64,000 nucleotides of DNA from Vampirovibrio sp. (GTDB taxonomy: Bacteria > Cyanobacteriota > Vampirovibrionia > Vampirovibrionales > JAJTHC01), in NCBI GenBank assembly GCA_024998755.1, contig JACEUU010000003.1, positions 1,291,331 to 1,355,330 of the forward strand, read 5' to 3'. The notes below the pieces were generated by a model that was given only the letters and a program-made list of their open reading frames with translations, did not search any database and was not told the DNA's origin. Below are positions 55,215 to 64,000 of the stretch, piece after piece (position 1 is the stretch's first letter; every line of letters begins with the position of its first letter). The position numbers and the translations under genes are program-made.

Positions 55215-55386
55215 GAGAAAACCCTCCTTGGGTTACAATTTAACAATACATTCATAATATCGTTTGGTGTAGAAAACACGTTGAGTTTTAGCAACACCTG
55301 ATTTTCCTTTTATTCTACACCGAATAAGCAAACAAAGCTAGCTACTAATGATGAAATATCACTTTTAAATGACAATTTGATGACCT

Positions 55387-55640
55387 ATACCCGTTAAACG
55401 ATTAAATAGCGTAAAAAATTGACCAACCAGCAGGAACGACCATCGCGTTTGCTCTGCAGCCGTCGATGCGTTCAGTCCACCGGAGGGGCAAAAAGAGCAT
55501 CCCCTCGTCAGTGCCCGTAGTGGCATAGAGGGGTGTCTTTTTGGGGGGATCTTAGGGGGATACCCCCTGACAAACCAACCAGCTAAAGCTAGGAACCACA
55601 ATCTATGAGAGAATACACTATTCAATCTTTAAATTGGTAT
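55387..55640. repeat. ATACCAATT-type shell enclosing a GC-rich structured core (55434-55570)
   Basis: atacccgttaaacgattaaatagcgt...acactattcaatctttaaattggtat. Confidence 0.75.
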
Positions 55641-57007
55641 TAAACACCATCCAGTTGGTTGGCGATGGCACAAGCAACGGTATTAGCGGAAGCCCAACAA
55701 TGGTGAAAATTAAAGCCACCAGTCAACCCATCCACATTCAGTAATTCGCCTACCACATAACACCCCGCAGTGGTTTTCGCCTCTAACGAATTAGGATTCA
55801 CACTAGGCAAAGCTACACCACCCGCCGTAACAAATTCTTCTTTAAAAACACCCTTACCCACAATAGGCAACGCTAATCGCTTCAATACTTCGCACAATTG
55901 GGTAATGGCTTTCTTTTCACCCACTTCTTGCCACGGCGTATAACCATCTATGCCGGCTTTATCAATTAAATAAAACCACCATCGTTTAGGTAAGGCTTCA
56001 AAAGGGCACGCATTGGCTATCCATTTTTTGGCAGAAGTAACCCGCTCATCCCGCAACGCTGTTAAAATCGACTCATCGGGCAAATCAGGCAAACAATCTA
56101 GCAGTAAGGTTGCTTGATACTTGCTGGCTTCCAACGCAAATGCTCCCCAAGCGGAAAGTTTTAGCACCACAGGACCACTAACGCCCCAATGGGTTACTAA
56201 AAACGCCCCTTCTTGAGTAATGCCACCTTTAGGAATAGCCTTTTGCACCGCTTTCGGAAACGATTCTTGCATCGCTTTAGGAAATTGTAACTTCGCTTTA
56301 ACCCAAGGCAAACTAACGCCTGCTAGTTCCGTCAAATCAACATCATCAATTTTAAACGTAAACAACGAAGGCACTTTTGGCGTCAACGTTAACCCCAGCT
56401 GTTCTGCCAACCGATACCCATTTTCGCTGCCGCCTGTAGCTAGCACAATGGTTTTAGCCTCTATCAACACATTAGAAGACAAGCGTAAAATAAAGTTTGC
56501 TTCAGCGTGTTGAAATTGGGGCAAATGAGGCTCAACTTCAATGGTAGACCGCTTCACCACATCCGTTACCCTAGCCCCCGTACGAATAGGAATCCCCCAA
56601 GCTTCACAGGCAGATTCAAAAACATGAACAATCGAACCAGAATCATCACTAGCGGGGAACGCTCGACCATCTTTTTCCACTTTGGTTGGCACGCCGTGCT
56701 TTTCCAACCAACCCAGCATTTGTGCAGGAGACCATTCAATAAAATGCCCCAACAATTGCGGATATTGCCTTGGGTAAAAGCCCATTAACGCTTTGGGGAT
56801 GGCACTATCTTCAGTTGTCTCAGGTAAAATGTGGGTTACGTTACACCGCCCCCCACCAGAAATCTTCACTTTACCCAAAGTAGATTGTTGGGCTTCCAAA
56901 ATGCAAACGCTTAAATGCGGTGCTTCTTCTTTTAGACGAATAGCCGTAAAAAAACCTGAAGCCCCTCCGCCAATAACCACGCAGTCATAATAAGGTGAAG
57001 TAGCCAT
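55640..57007 (-). CDS. HI0933/YhiN (BaiN)-family flavoprotein
   Basis: VIGGGASG, GKVKISGGGRCNVT, LATGG, THWGVSGP, VTAGGV, GELLNVDGLTGGFN. Confidence 0.92.
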   Translation of the reverse strand: MATSPYYDCVVIGGGASGFFTAIRLKEEAPHLSVCILEAQQSTLGKVKISGGGRCNVTHILPETTEDSAIPKALMGFYPRQYPQLLGHFIEWSPAQMLGWLEKHGVPTKVEKDGRAFPASDDSGSIVHVFESACEAWGIPIRTGARVTDVVKRSTIEVEPHLPQFQHAEANFILRLSSNVLIEAKTIVLATGGSENGYRLAEQLGLTLTPKVPSLFTFKIDDVDLTELAGVSLPWVKAKLQFPKAMQESFPKAVQKAIPKGGITQEGAFLVTHWGVSGPVVLKLSAWGAFALEASKYQATLLLDCLPDLPDESILTALRDERVTSAKKWIANACPFEALPKRWWFYLIDKAGIDGYTPWQEVGEKKAITQLCEVLKRLALPIVGKGVFKEEFVTAGGVALPSVNPNSLEAKTTAGCYVVGELLNVDGLTGGFNFHHCWASANTVACAIANQLDGV

Positions 57008-57051
57008 AGAGAGTTTGTTCCAGTCAAAATAAAAGAGATGTAGAAAGACAA

Positions 57052-57744
57052 TTAACTGATGCTAGACAAAAATTCGCCTAACAACTGCGGGGCGTTTCGC
57101 AAAACAGGTTCGCCATCGCCCACAAAAATAGCCGAAACAATAGGAGTAAAGTGCGAAAACGACTTGATTAAACTGGCTTTAGCCAACGATACATCGGCAT
57201 ATTTTTCAGGGACTAACAAAGAAAGTTGGTTTAGCGTTGGGGCAATAAAGGCATCGCCTACAAATAAGGTTGCATCTGTTTTGCACCACAAAGCTATTTC
57301 GCCAGCTGTCTTTTGATGAGGTACACCAACAACCTGAAAATAGTCAAACAACACATCGCCCGTTTTAAACGTTTTTTCAGCAGACCGCTTTAATAACGGG
57401 GCATCTGCTTCATGCACCCAAACAGGCACAGTAAGAGCCTCTGCTATTTCAGCACTGGCACGTTCATGGTCTGCATTGGTGAGGATAATCCCTTGAACGG
57501 CTCCAAACACCTCAAACGCTACTTGTAAGTATTCATCGCACACAGGGGGGTCAATTAACACCGTCCCCTGTGGCGTTCTAACCAAGTAGCCATTGAAATA
57601 AAGTTGGCGAGCCTCTTGCCAATCGCTCCAAGTATAAACGGTAGAATGAATGTGTTGAAGTAGTGCGAGCGATTCTCTATCGACCGCACTAGGAAACCCA
57701 TCTTCATCGACTGTTATTTCAGGTGATTGGCTCATCATCATCAT
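57052..57744 (-). CDS. Metallo-beta-lactamase-fold protein
   Basis: VLIDPP, ILTNADHER, WVHEAD, FVGDA. Confidence 0.75.
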   Translation of the reverse strand: MMMMSQSPEITVDEDGFPSAVDRESLALLQHIHSTVYTWSDWQEARQLYFNGYLVRTPQGTVLIDPPVCDEYLQVAFEVFGAVQGIILTNADHERASAEIAEALTVPVWVHEADAPLLKRSAEKTFKTGDVLFDYFQVVGVPHQKTAGEIALWCKTDATLFVGDAFIAPTLNQLSLLVPEKYADVSLAKASLIKSFSHFTPIVSAIFVGDGEPVLRNAPQLLGEFLSSIS

Positions 57745-57749
57745 TGCCG

Positions 57750-58709
57750 TTATAGCACCACTTTTGAAACGGTGTTGGTTTCTTGTTCGCTAACAAATAA
57801 GGTATGAGAAGCTACATCAAAATAAAGCATATAAGGTTTACCAAAACCCGTGGCTAACAGGGTCATTTTACCATCTGGGGTAATACGCACCAAGTTATTT
57901 TTTAAGTAATTGGCAACATACAAATGACCATTTCTGGGGTCTTTGGCTAAGCCAATAGGGCCTGCTAATAAGCCACCTTGAGCCAACACTTGCTGTTTAC
58001 CATTAGGCAGAACCTTAACAATACTGTTTTTAGAATAGTTTGCCACATACAATTCACCAGCTGCACCTGTGGCAATACCTGTAGGTCCACCCAAACCACC
58101 TGAAACTACTAATTGCCGTTTACCAATACCCCCAAACCATGTTGAAGGTTTCGTAACATTCGGCGAAGCAGGAGTAGGACGCAACCCTGTATTACTATTA
58201 GAAACAGCGGTATTGTTGCCCGCCTGTAACAACCGAGCTAATTGAGCCATTTTTTGTTGAGCTTGTCCATAAACCGCACTACCCGTAGGTACTTGTTGGT
58301 AAGCATCATAAGCTTCTTTCGTTTTACCTAAATTTTCCAAGCTCCATGCTAGGTTATAACGAGATTCAGGGTCTTTAGGATTCCGCCAAACCGCTTTTTG
58401 AAACGCAAACCGAGCAGGTTCATACTTTTTAATACGGAAATTAACAGACCCCAAGTTATACCAAGCATCGCCATAAGCAGGGTCGATGCTAACGGCTTGC
58501 CCAAAAGCCTGAACAGCAGCTTCATACTGCCCTTTTTCAAATGCCCGCATACCCATATTAAAAGCTTCAATCGCCTGAGGACTTTCAGCCTGCACTTGCT
58601 GGGAAACCAACGATAACGATAGCGGATTCATTCCCAACCCAGCGAAACCGACACCAGTGTAAACAAGGGCAACCATCAACAAGGCAAAACGCCGAACAAT
58701 CAAACTCAT
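57750..58709 (-). CDS. Exported TPR plus NHL/beta-propeller repeat protein
   Basis: Signal-like N-terminus; TPR motifs (AWYNLG, SRYNLA); GPTGIA...LYVANY repeats. Confidence 0.8.
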   Translation of the reverse strand: MSLIVRRFALLMVALVYTGVGFAGLGMNPLSLSLVSQQVQAESPQAIEAFNMGMRAFEKGQYEAAVQAFGQAVSIDPAYGDAWYNLGSVNFRIKKYEPARFAFQKAVWRNPKDPESRYNLAWSLENLGKTKEAYDAYQQVPTGSAVYGQAQQKMAQLARLLQAGNNTAVSNSNTGLRPTPASPNVTKPSTWFGGIGKRQLVVSGGLGGPTGIATGAAGELYVANYSKNSIVKVLPNGKQQVLAQGGLLAGPIGLAKDPRNGHLYVANYLKNNLVRITPDGKMTLLATGFGKPYMLYFDVASHTLFVSEQETNTVSKVVL

Positions 58710-58828
58710 AATATAGACGAGGCTCCTTAGTACAAAAACAATGATAGACAAGTAAAACAGAAAAAACAATACAAAATTCAATTACTACCACTGATGGCAA
58801 TACTAAACCAAAACCAATAAAAAAACAA

Positions 58829-59095
58829 TTAAAAGTAATAGCCCAATACAAAAGAAGTGGCTAAAAACAACCCTGCCATCCAATAGGTGAAGTTATTTAA
58901 CGTAGCTTCTGCACCGCGTTGGCTTGAAAACAAATTGCCAGCTGCCCCGCCAATACTAACACCATCGCTTTTTGGGGAATGAAGCAAAATCAACAAAATC
59001 AATAAAATTGAGGTTACCACTTGCACACCCAATAACAAAAACCGAACGGTTGTAAACCAAGTAGGTACATCACCTTGTAACGCATTTAACGGCAT
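58829..59095 (-). CDS. secG: Preprotein translocase subunit SecG
   Basis: LILLHSPKSDG...GG...FSSQRGAEATLNNFT, cyanobacteria-like SecG. Confidence 0.92.
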   Translation of the reverse strand: MPLNALQGDVPTWFTTVRFLLLGVQVVTSILLILLILLHSPKSDGVSIGGAAGNLFSSQRGAEATLNNFTYWMAGLFLATSFVLGYYF

Positions 59096-59183
59096 TATAA
59101 CCAGTTCCTTTCAAACAATTACAATAAAAATAACACCTAAATCCTATCATACCAAGACCCTTTATGTTAAGCTAGTACCAAAA

Positions 59184-59336
59184 TAATCAGACTGGCTGTA
59201 TTGCTTAATATCTGGGGCATCTTCGTTGTCATTTGCGGTACTCAAATCCTCATGTACTTATTTGTACACTCCGGTTTTCCGTTCCTCATTCCTAGAATCT
59301 GCACCCACCTATTAAACAATACAACCAGTCTAATTC
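59184..59336. repeat. RPE-like palindromic element with its own inverted-repeat shell
   Basis: aatcagactggctgtattg...ggtactcaaatcctcatgtacttatttgtacactccgg...caatacaaccagtctaatt. Confidence 0.75.
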
Positions 59337-59373
59337 GTCGCTATCAACGCTTAAAATCAACGGTGTTTAAATA

Positions 59374-61632
59374 ATGATTGCTTCTAAAAAATCCACCAAA
59401 ACTATTCCGGATACCTCAGCCAGTATGACCGTTGAAACCTATCAACAGTGGGCTAATACAAAAGCCAATACCCAGTTAATAGACCAGCTTGAAGCCTTTT
59501 TTAAAACTGCTAATCCTACCGTTATTCAGTCGTTTTGTTCAGTGATAGATGACCTACTAACCCAAGAAGACCACCCCACGCTGGATTTCATTATTGCAGG
59601 GGTGCAAGCCCTTTCCCCCAAGCGTCCGTTGGCATTTCAGCAATTGGCGGGGATCTTTCAATTCAACCCCATTGTGGGTGCGGTTGCCCGTAATGCCAAG
59701 CTCATTAAAAAAGCCATTTTAATAGCTGATGCTGTTGGCTTAGACTTACTGGTATTACCGGAAATGGCATTAATGGGCTACCCATTGAAAGATTTAATTA
59801 TTCGGTTTCCGCATTTGGTAGACCAAGGCGTAGACGCCCTCCATGAATTAGCATTAGCCACCTATCACACCCGAGTTATTTTGGGCTTTGTAGAACCTCG
59901 TAAGCTTTCCTTAGCCGAAGATGAACCCTTAATTGGCAAGCCTTATTATATTAGTGTGGCAGTCTTGGGCAACAGGCAAATACAAGGCCTGGTGCGTAAA
60001 AGCTACCTGCCCACTTACCAAGATTATGACGATGCCCGAACCATCGAACCGGCTTCGCAACCGGGCATTTACCGCCCTGTTTGGGTAAAACAATGCTATC
60101 CTCATGCCAATGATACTCTAGAAAATGGCTTACTAACTGTTCATGGATTCAACGTGGGCATTACCATTTGCGAAGACTTGTGGAATCAAGCTAATTTTAA
60201 CACCACCCACTATACGCAACCTGCCGATTGCCCCATTTTAGCCTATCTATCGCAACCCGAATTAGATTGGCATATTAATGTGTCTGCCTCCGTTTCAAGG
60301 GCGGGAAAAGAAGCCCAAAAACAGACGATGTTAAAGACAATCGTTGAACAAACTCAGCGTCCGCTACTATACGTTAATGCGGTAGGCGGGCAAGATGAAT
60401 GCATTTTTGATGGGGCTAGCCGCCTATACAGTGAAGAGGGAGAACTACTGGGTAGAAGCAAAGCCTTTGCCCAACAACTAACCATTTTTCAACTAACAAA
60501 AGAAACAGATTCTGCTTGGAATCAAATAAATGCCCTGCCTGCGGGAATGGAAAAACCACTCTACCCTACTGCCGTTTCAGCAGATTGTTCATTTTCAAGT
60601 ATGGAAACCAATGATTTAGCACGTACTTATCAATCCCTTATTTTGGGTATTCAAGATTATTTTAAAAAAACAGGGTTTAATAAAGCGGTATTAGGCATTT
60701 CTGGTGGGTTAGATTCCGCCGTAACCGCCGTTTTATTGGCAGATGCGTTGGGTGCAGAAAACGTTTTTGGTTTTAGTTTTCCTTCCCAGTTAACACCAGA
60801 AGCAAATCAATCAGACGCTGAAATACTGGCAAAAAACCTAGGCATAGGCTTTGATACTTGTGCCATTGCTCCTATTACGCAACAATTTTTAACACCGCTA
60901 GAAACGACCATTGCCAAAACTGTTGACCCACTTTGGGGCAACGCAACAACATCTTCATTTGCCAAAGATAATGTACAAGCAATGAGCCGTGCCACAATGC
61001 TTAGGTTGGTCAGCAATAACTATAACGCCTTACCTGTTGCTACTTCTGATAAGAGCGAACTTTACATGGGTTATGCCACCATCAATGGCGATTTATCAGG
61101 GGCTTTAGCCCCTTTGGGCGATGTTTGCAAAACCAAACTTCGCTTGCTGGCTACTTGGCTGAACGACAACGGCAAAACCAAAAATGCGATGCCCAGAAGT
61201 ATTATTGAACGCCCTTCAGGGGCGGATTTAGCGGTAAACCCGCAAACAGGGGCTTTATTAACCGCTGAAGAAGCCTTAATGCCTTATGTGTTTTTAGATG
61301 AAATTATTTGGCGGATAGAAGTGCTACAGCAGCCCTTTGAAGACCAATTAATTGCAGTTTTTGAATACGAACAAACCCATCCACTGAACTATGAAGAAAA
61401 ACGAGCTTGGTTGGAAAAATTCTTCCAGCGGATGCAATTTGCCGTTTTCAAGTGGCAAATTTCCCCACCCATTTTGATTGTAGATGGTTACGGTTCATTG
61501 GCAAAGACGGCTTATCGGCATCCTATTTTGGCGACCCAATGCCAGTGGTGGAATAAAAAAGCGTCTGAATCAGCCCTTCGCCAAGCTTTTGAAGCCAATC
61601 GGGTCGTTGAAGAACCTCCAGTCGATTGCTAG
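59374..61632 (+). CDS. nadE: Glutamine-dependent NAD+ synthetase with an N-terminal extension
   Basis: Nitrilase domain (LPEM, RK..LP.Y, ICEDLW) plus LGISGGLDSA, NVQA..R, TSDKSE, GYATINGD. Confidence 0.92.
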   Translation: MIASKKSTKTIPDTSASMTVETYQQWANTKANTQLIDQLEAFFKTANPTVIQSFCSVIDDLLTQEDHPTLDFIIAGVQALSPKRPLAFQQLAGIFQFNPIVGAVARNAKLIKKAILIADAVGLDLLVLPEMALMGYPLKDLIIRFPHLVDQGVDALHELALATYHTRVILGFVEPRKLSLAEDEPLIGKPYYISVAVLGNRQIQGLVRKSYLPTYQDYDDARTIEPASQPGIYRPVWVKQCYPHANDTLENGLLTVHGFNVGITICEDLWNQANFNTTHYTQPADCPILAYLSQPELDWHINVSASVSRAGKEAQKQTMLKTIVEQTQRPLLYVNAVGGQDECIFDGASRLYSEEGELLGRSKAFAQQLTIFQLTKETDSAWNQINALPAGMEKPLYPTAVSADCSFSSMETNDLARTYQSLILGIQDYFKKTGFNKAVLGISGGLDSAVTAVLLADALGAENVFGFSFPSQLTPEANQSDAEILAKNLGIGFDTCAIAPITQQFLTPLETTIAKTVDPLWGNATTSSFAKDNVQAMSRATMLRLVSNNYNALPVATSDKSELYMGYATINGDLSGALAPLGDVCKTKLRLLATWLNDNGKTKNAMPRSIIERPSGADLAVNPQTGALLTAEEALMPYVFLDEIIWRIEVLQQPFEDQLIAVFEYEQTHPLNYEEKRAWLEKFFQRMQFAVFKWQISPPILIVDGYGSLAKTAYRHPILATQCQWWNKKASESALRQAFEANRVVEEPPVDC

Positions 61633-61699
61633 ACCAAAATCATCGTTCCATCTTATAATAAAACAATAATTTAAACAAAAGATTGGATTTTTTCATACG

Positions 61700-62203
61700 A
61701 TGAATGGCGTTAGGCTAAGCAATCAACTTGAATTACCCCTAAGGCAAGTGGCACAACTTCTACAAGTGCCTACTTATGTGGTAGCTCGATTGGCTATTCG
61801 GTTGCAGAATACCTTGCAAACACACCCGAAAAATAAAGAACCACTAGCAACGCCACTAGAGTCACATTCAGCCCAAGAAAATTTTTTCACTCTGGCACAA
61901 ATTCAATTGCTAGAAGACTGTATTCACGCCATTCGTCAGGGCTATAGTTTGGTAAGCATTCTTGAAGAAATAAAACAACAGGGTTCAACCAAGCATCTAA
62001 ATCTTCATTTACCGAAGGGAAAACAAAAGCCAACGCCTTCCATCCATATGAATCGACTTCCAGCTTATCGGGCGAAAACACCGCTAACTCGTCCGCAAAA
62101 AAAAGCGATTCCCCCTGTAAAGAAAAGCGTTTACACTACGCCTCAACCCTTTCCAGTACTTAAAAAACGAACTAATCCGCCAGCAGATTGGTTTAACTAT
62201 TAG
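61700..62203 (+). CDS. Hypothetical protein, possible MerR-like HTH at the N-terminus
   Basis: LRQVAQLLQVPTYVV...FT..QI..L...I..GYSL pattern. Confidence 0.5.
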   Translation: MNGVRLSNQLELPLRQVAQLLQVPTYVVARLAIRLQNTLQTHPKNKEPLATPLESHSAQENFFTLAQIQLLEDCIHAIRQGYSLVSILEEIKQQGSTKHLNLHLPKGKQKPTPSIHMNRLPAYRAKTPLTRPQKKAIPPVKKSVYTTPQPFPVLKKRTNPPADWFNY

Positions 62204-62249
62204 TAACCGTATTTTTTAAAATACTCTATTTAAAAAAATTTATGACTCT

Positions 62250-62317
62250 CTGTTAATTTTAAAGCGGGCGGATGCAATCCACCCCTACGAGTTCACTAAT
62301 GATTTAAAACACTATAC
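62250..62317. repeat. Half REPIN element nearly identical to 658-725
   Basis: ctgttaattttaaagcgggcggatgcaatcc.cccctacgagttcactaatgatttaaaa.actatac. Confidence 0.8.
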
Positions 62318-62319
62318 AC

Positions 62320-62352
62320 AAAAAAAAGAGGGGCTTTCGACCCTCTTTTTTA
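62320..62352. terminator. Bidirectional terminator
   Basis: aaaaaaaagagggg-ctttcg-accctcttttttt between convergent genes. Confidence 0.75.
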
Positions 62353-62370
62353 ACGTTAAGAACTTAAAAA

Positions 62371-64000
62371 CTACAATGTAGGTAAGAAACTATTACCATT
62401 AGTAGTGGGTGTTAACGCATTGTTAGAAAATTCCGTTTCATCAGATCCGCCACCTTCAGCATTCACGTTACCAATATTGTTTTGAATTGAAACTGTGCCC
62501 CGTTGGCTTAAAGGTCCAGCAAAGTTCCGTAAGCTACTGGCTTGTAAACCGTCTTGAGGGGTGGCGGTGGTGCTATTTGTTGCAAGCGGTTGAACTAGCG
62601 GCAAAACCCCTTCAGGGTTTAAATTATCTGCAGTAACGCCTATACCAGTCGTAGAAATAGTAGATGTACCATTAACCATCAAGCCTGTCGTTACCAAGGC
62701 TTCTCTATCTACAAATAAAGCATCTCCAGCCACAGTACCTGATGTGCTTACAAAGTCAACATTGGGTAAATCAACCCCACGGTTACCAATATTTAATTGT
62801 AAAGCATCACCTTGCAATACCCCATTTGGTCGCCCAGCTACCACTTGGGTTACCCCATCAGCCGTTAAGCTAACGGTACCATTATTGGCGGAAACGACCC
62901 CCGGAATTTGTACAAATTCATTGGAAAGGGAAATGTCTTGACCTGAAATGACATTACCTGAAATGAAGGTTTGCTCAGGCGTACCGTTATTGGTACCATC
63001 ATTATTACCAGTTAAAAATACACTACCATTGGGGGTTGTAACACTACCATTTCCAAAAACACTCAAGTTATCATCAGCTGTCACGTTAACATCGCCGTTG
63101 GCTGAACTAACTTGTCCCCAAACATTAACCGTATTACTGGTAGCAGCTGGGTTTTGAGGAGCCAAGCCACCTGGAACAAAGGGTATATTAACTGAAGATT
63201 TAGCCGTAATAACCACACCATTATCGCCTGAAATACTAGCTAATGTTTGGGTTGGTGAACCGATAGAAATATTCTGACGAGCATTCAACGTCGTAACACC
63301 CGTTGAATCAACAAAGGCATTATTTCTGACTGAAATATTATAATTGGCATTTAATGTGGTATCCCCTTGGGTGGTAATACCTTCATTAATGGTAATATTT
63401 CGACCAGCCGTTAGGGTTAAATTACCCACATTATCCCGAGAAACAGCGTTATTGACACTCAAATCACGTTGTGCTTGGAAATCCAAATTGCCCACGGCGG
63501 TTTTAATAAAATCAGTATCAACAAAATGAGTCGTAGTAGTATCTACACCACCCCCTGTTTTGATATTTAAGTCAAATGGGTCAAATAAAATTGAACCAGA
63601 CTCACCCACATTGGCATAGCCTGAAACACCCAGTAAGCCTTTTGAAGATATTTCTGCGTTGCCACCGCCGTTGCCACCAGCAGCCAACAATCTACCCGTA
63701 AAGCTAGTATCCTTGTTGCTCCAAACCACGATAGAACCACCCTTGCCAGCATCACCACCATTGGCTTTCAACGTACCAGCAACAACCGTAAATTCAGCTG
63801 TTGGCGTTAAGCCCTTGCCTTTAAAATCGCCGCCAACCCGAATACTACCACCGTTGCCCACAGCGGAATCAGTATCAATGGTTCCGGCTACTGAAACGGT
63901 TTTACCCAATACATCAACCGAACCGCCTGCGGCTTGAATTAACCCATCAGAACTAGCAGACCCATTGGCTGCTAATAAAACCACTTCTCCTTTAACATTT
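62371..64000 (-). CDS. Filamentous haemagglutinin-like (two-partner secretion type) beta-helical exoprotein, 3' part; starts beyond the window
   Basis: GGSIRVGGDFKG, GGSIVVWS, GGNAEISSK, ILFDP, LTLTAGRNITIN repeats. Confidence 0.8.
   Translation of the reverse strand, partial: NVKGEVVLLAANGSASSDGLIQAAGGSVDVLGKTVSVAGTIDTDSAVGNGGSIRVGGDFKGKGLTPTAEFTVVAGTLKANGGDAGKGGSIVVWSNKDTSFTGRLLAAGGNGGGNAEISSKGLLGVSGYANVGESGSILFDPFDLNIKTGGGVDTTTTHFVDTDFIKTAVGNLDFQAQRDLSVNNAVSRDNVGNLTLTAGRNITINEGITTQGDTTLNANYNISVRNNAFVDSTGVTTLNARQNISIGSPTQTLASISGDNGVVITAKSSVNIPFVPGGLAPQNPAATSNTVNVWGQVSSANGDVNVTADDNLSVFGNGSVTTPNGSVFLTGNNDGTNNGTPEQTFISGNVISGQDISLSNEFVQIPGVVSANNGTVSLTADGVTQVVAGRPNGVLQGDALQLNIGNRGVDLPNVDFVSTSGTVAGDALFVDREALVTTGLMVNGTSTISTTGIGVTADNLNPEGVLPLVQPLATNSTTATPQDGLQASSLRNFAGPLSQRGTVSIQNNIGNVNAEGGGSDETEFSNNALTPTTNGNSFLPTL

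Noticed and set aside
55365..55625. 86-aa ORF, and similar ORFs at 5604..5828 and 23451..23633
   Set aside because: Chance frames across palindromic repeat elements

Overview
Bacterial chromosomal window, AT-leaning, with no photosynthesis genes. The housekeeping proteins are cyanobacteria-like, so a Vampirovibrionia/Melainabacteria-type host is inferred but not proven. The backbone carries a DAACS transporter, aroE, tRNA-Cys, a glycosyltransferase, two pilin-like genes, nrdA, tRNA-Pro, a sigma-70 factor, rnhC, purL, otsAB, tRNA-Ala, infC(AUU start)-rpmI-rplT, secG, nadE and a large FHA-like exoprotein. A ~31 kb decaying island (~22265-53205) appears to be integrated at the tRNA-Ala 3' end. 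It contains: a persulfide-response operon; an amber-interrupted CopA; a Dsr1-like SIR2 defence protein; a Fic protein; a helicase/DUF1156 methylase/DUF499 ATPase/PHP-ATPase defence operon; a truncated RM-plus-S system joined by a G_GGA_AAG -1 frameshift motif; and a large serine recombinase remnant. There are three IS5-family copies, plus IS1 and IS30 remnants. Intergenic DNA holds ~20 modular palindromic elements (REP-like, RPE-like and GC-rich covarying cores) nested inside exchangeable inverted-repeat shells. No CRISPR array or rRNA was seen. All family calls come from motif recognition, not database searches.
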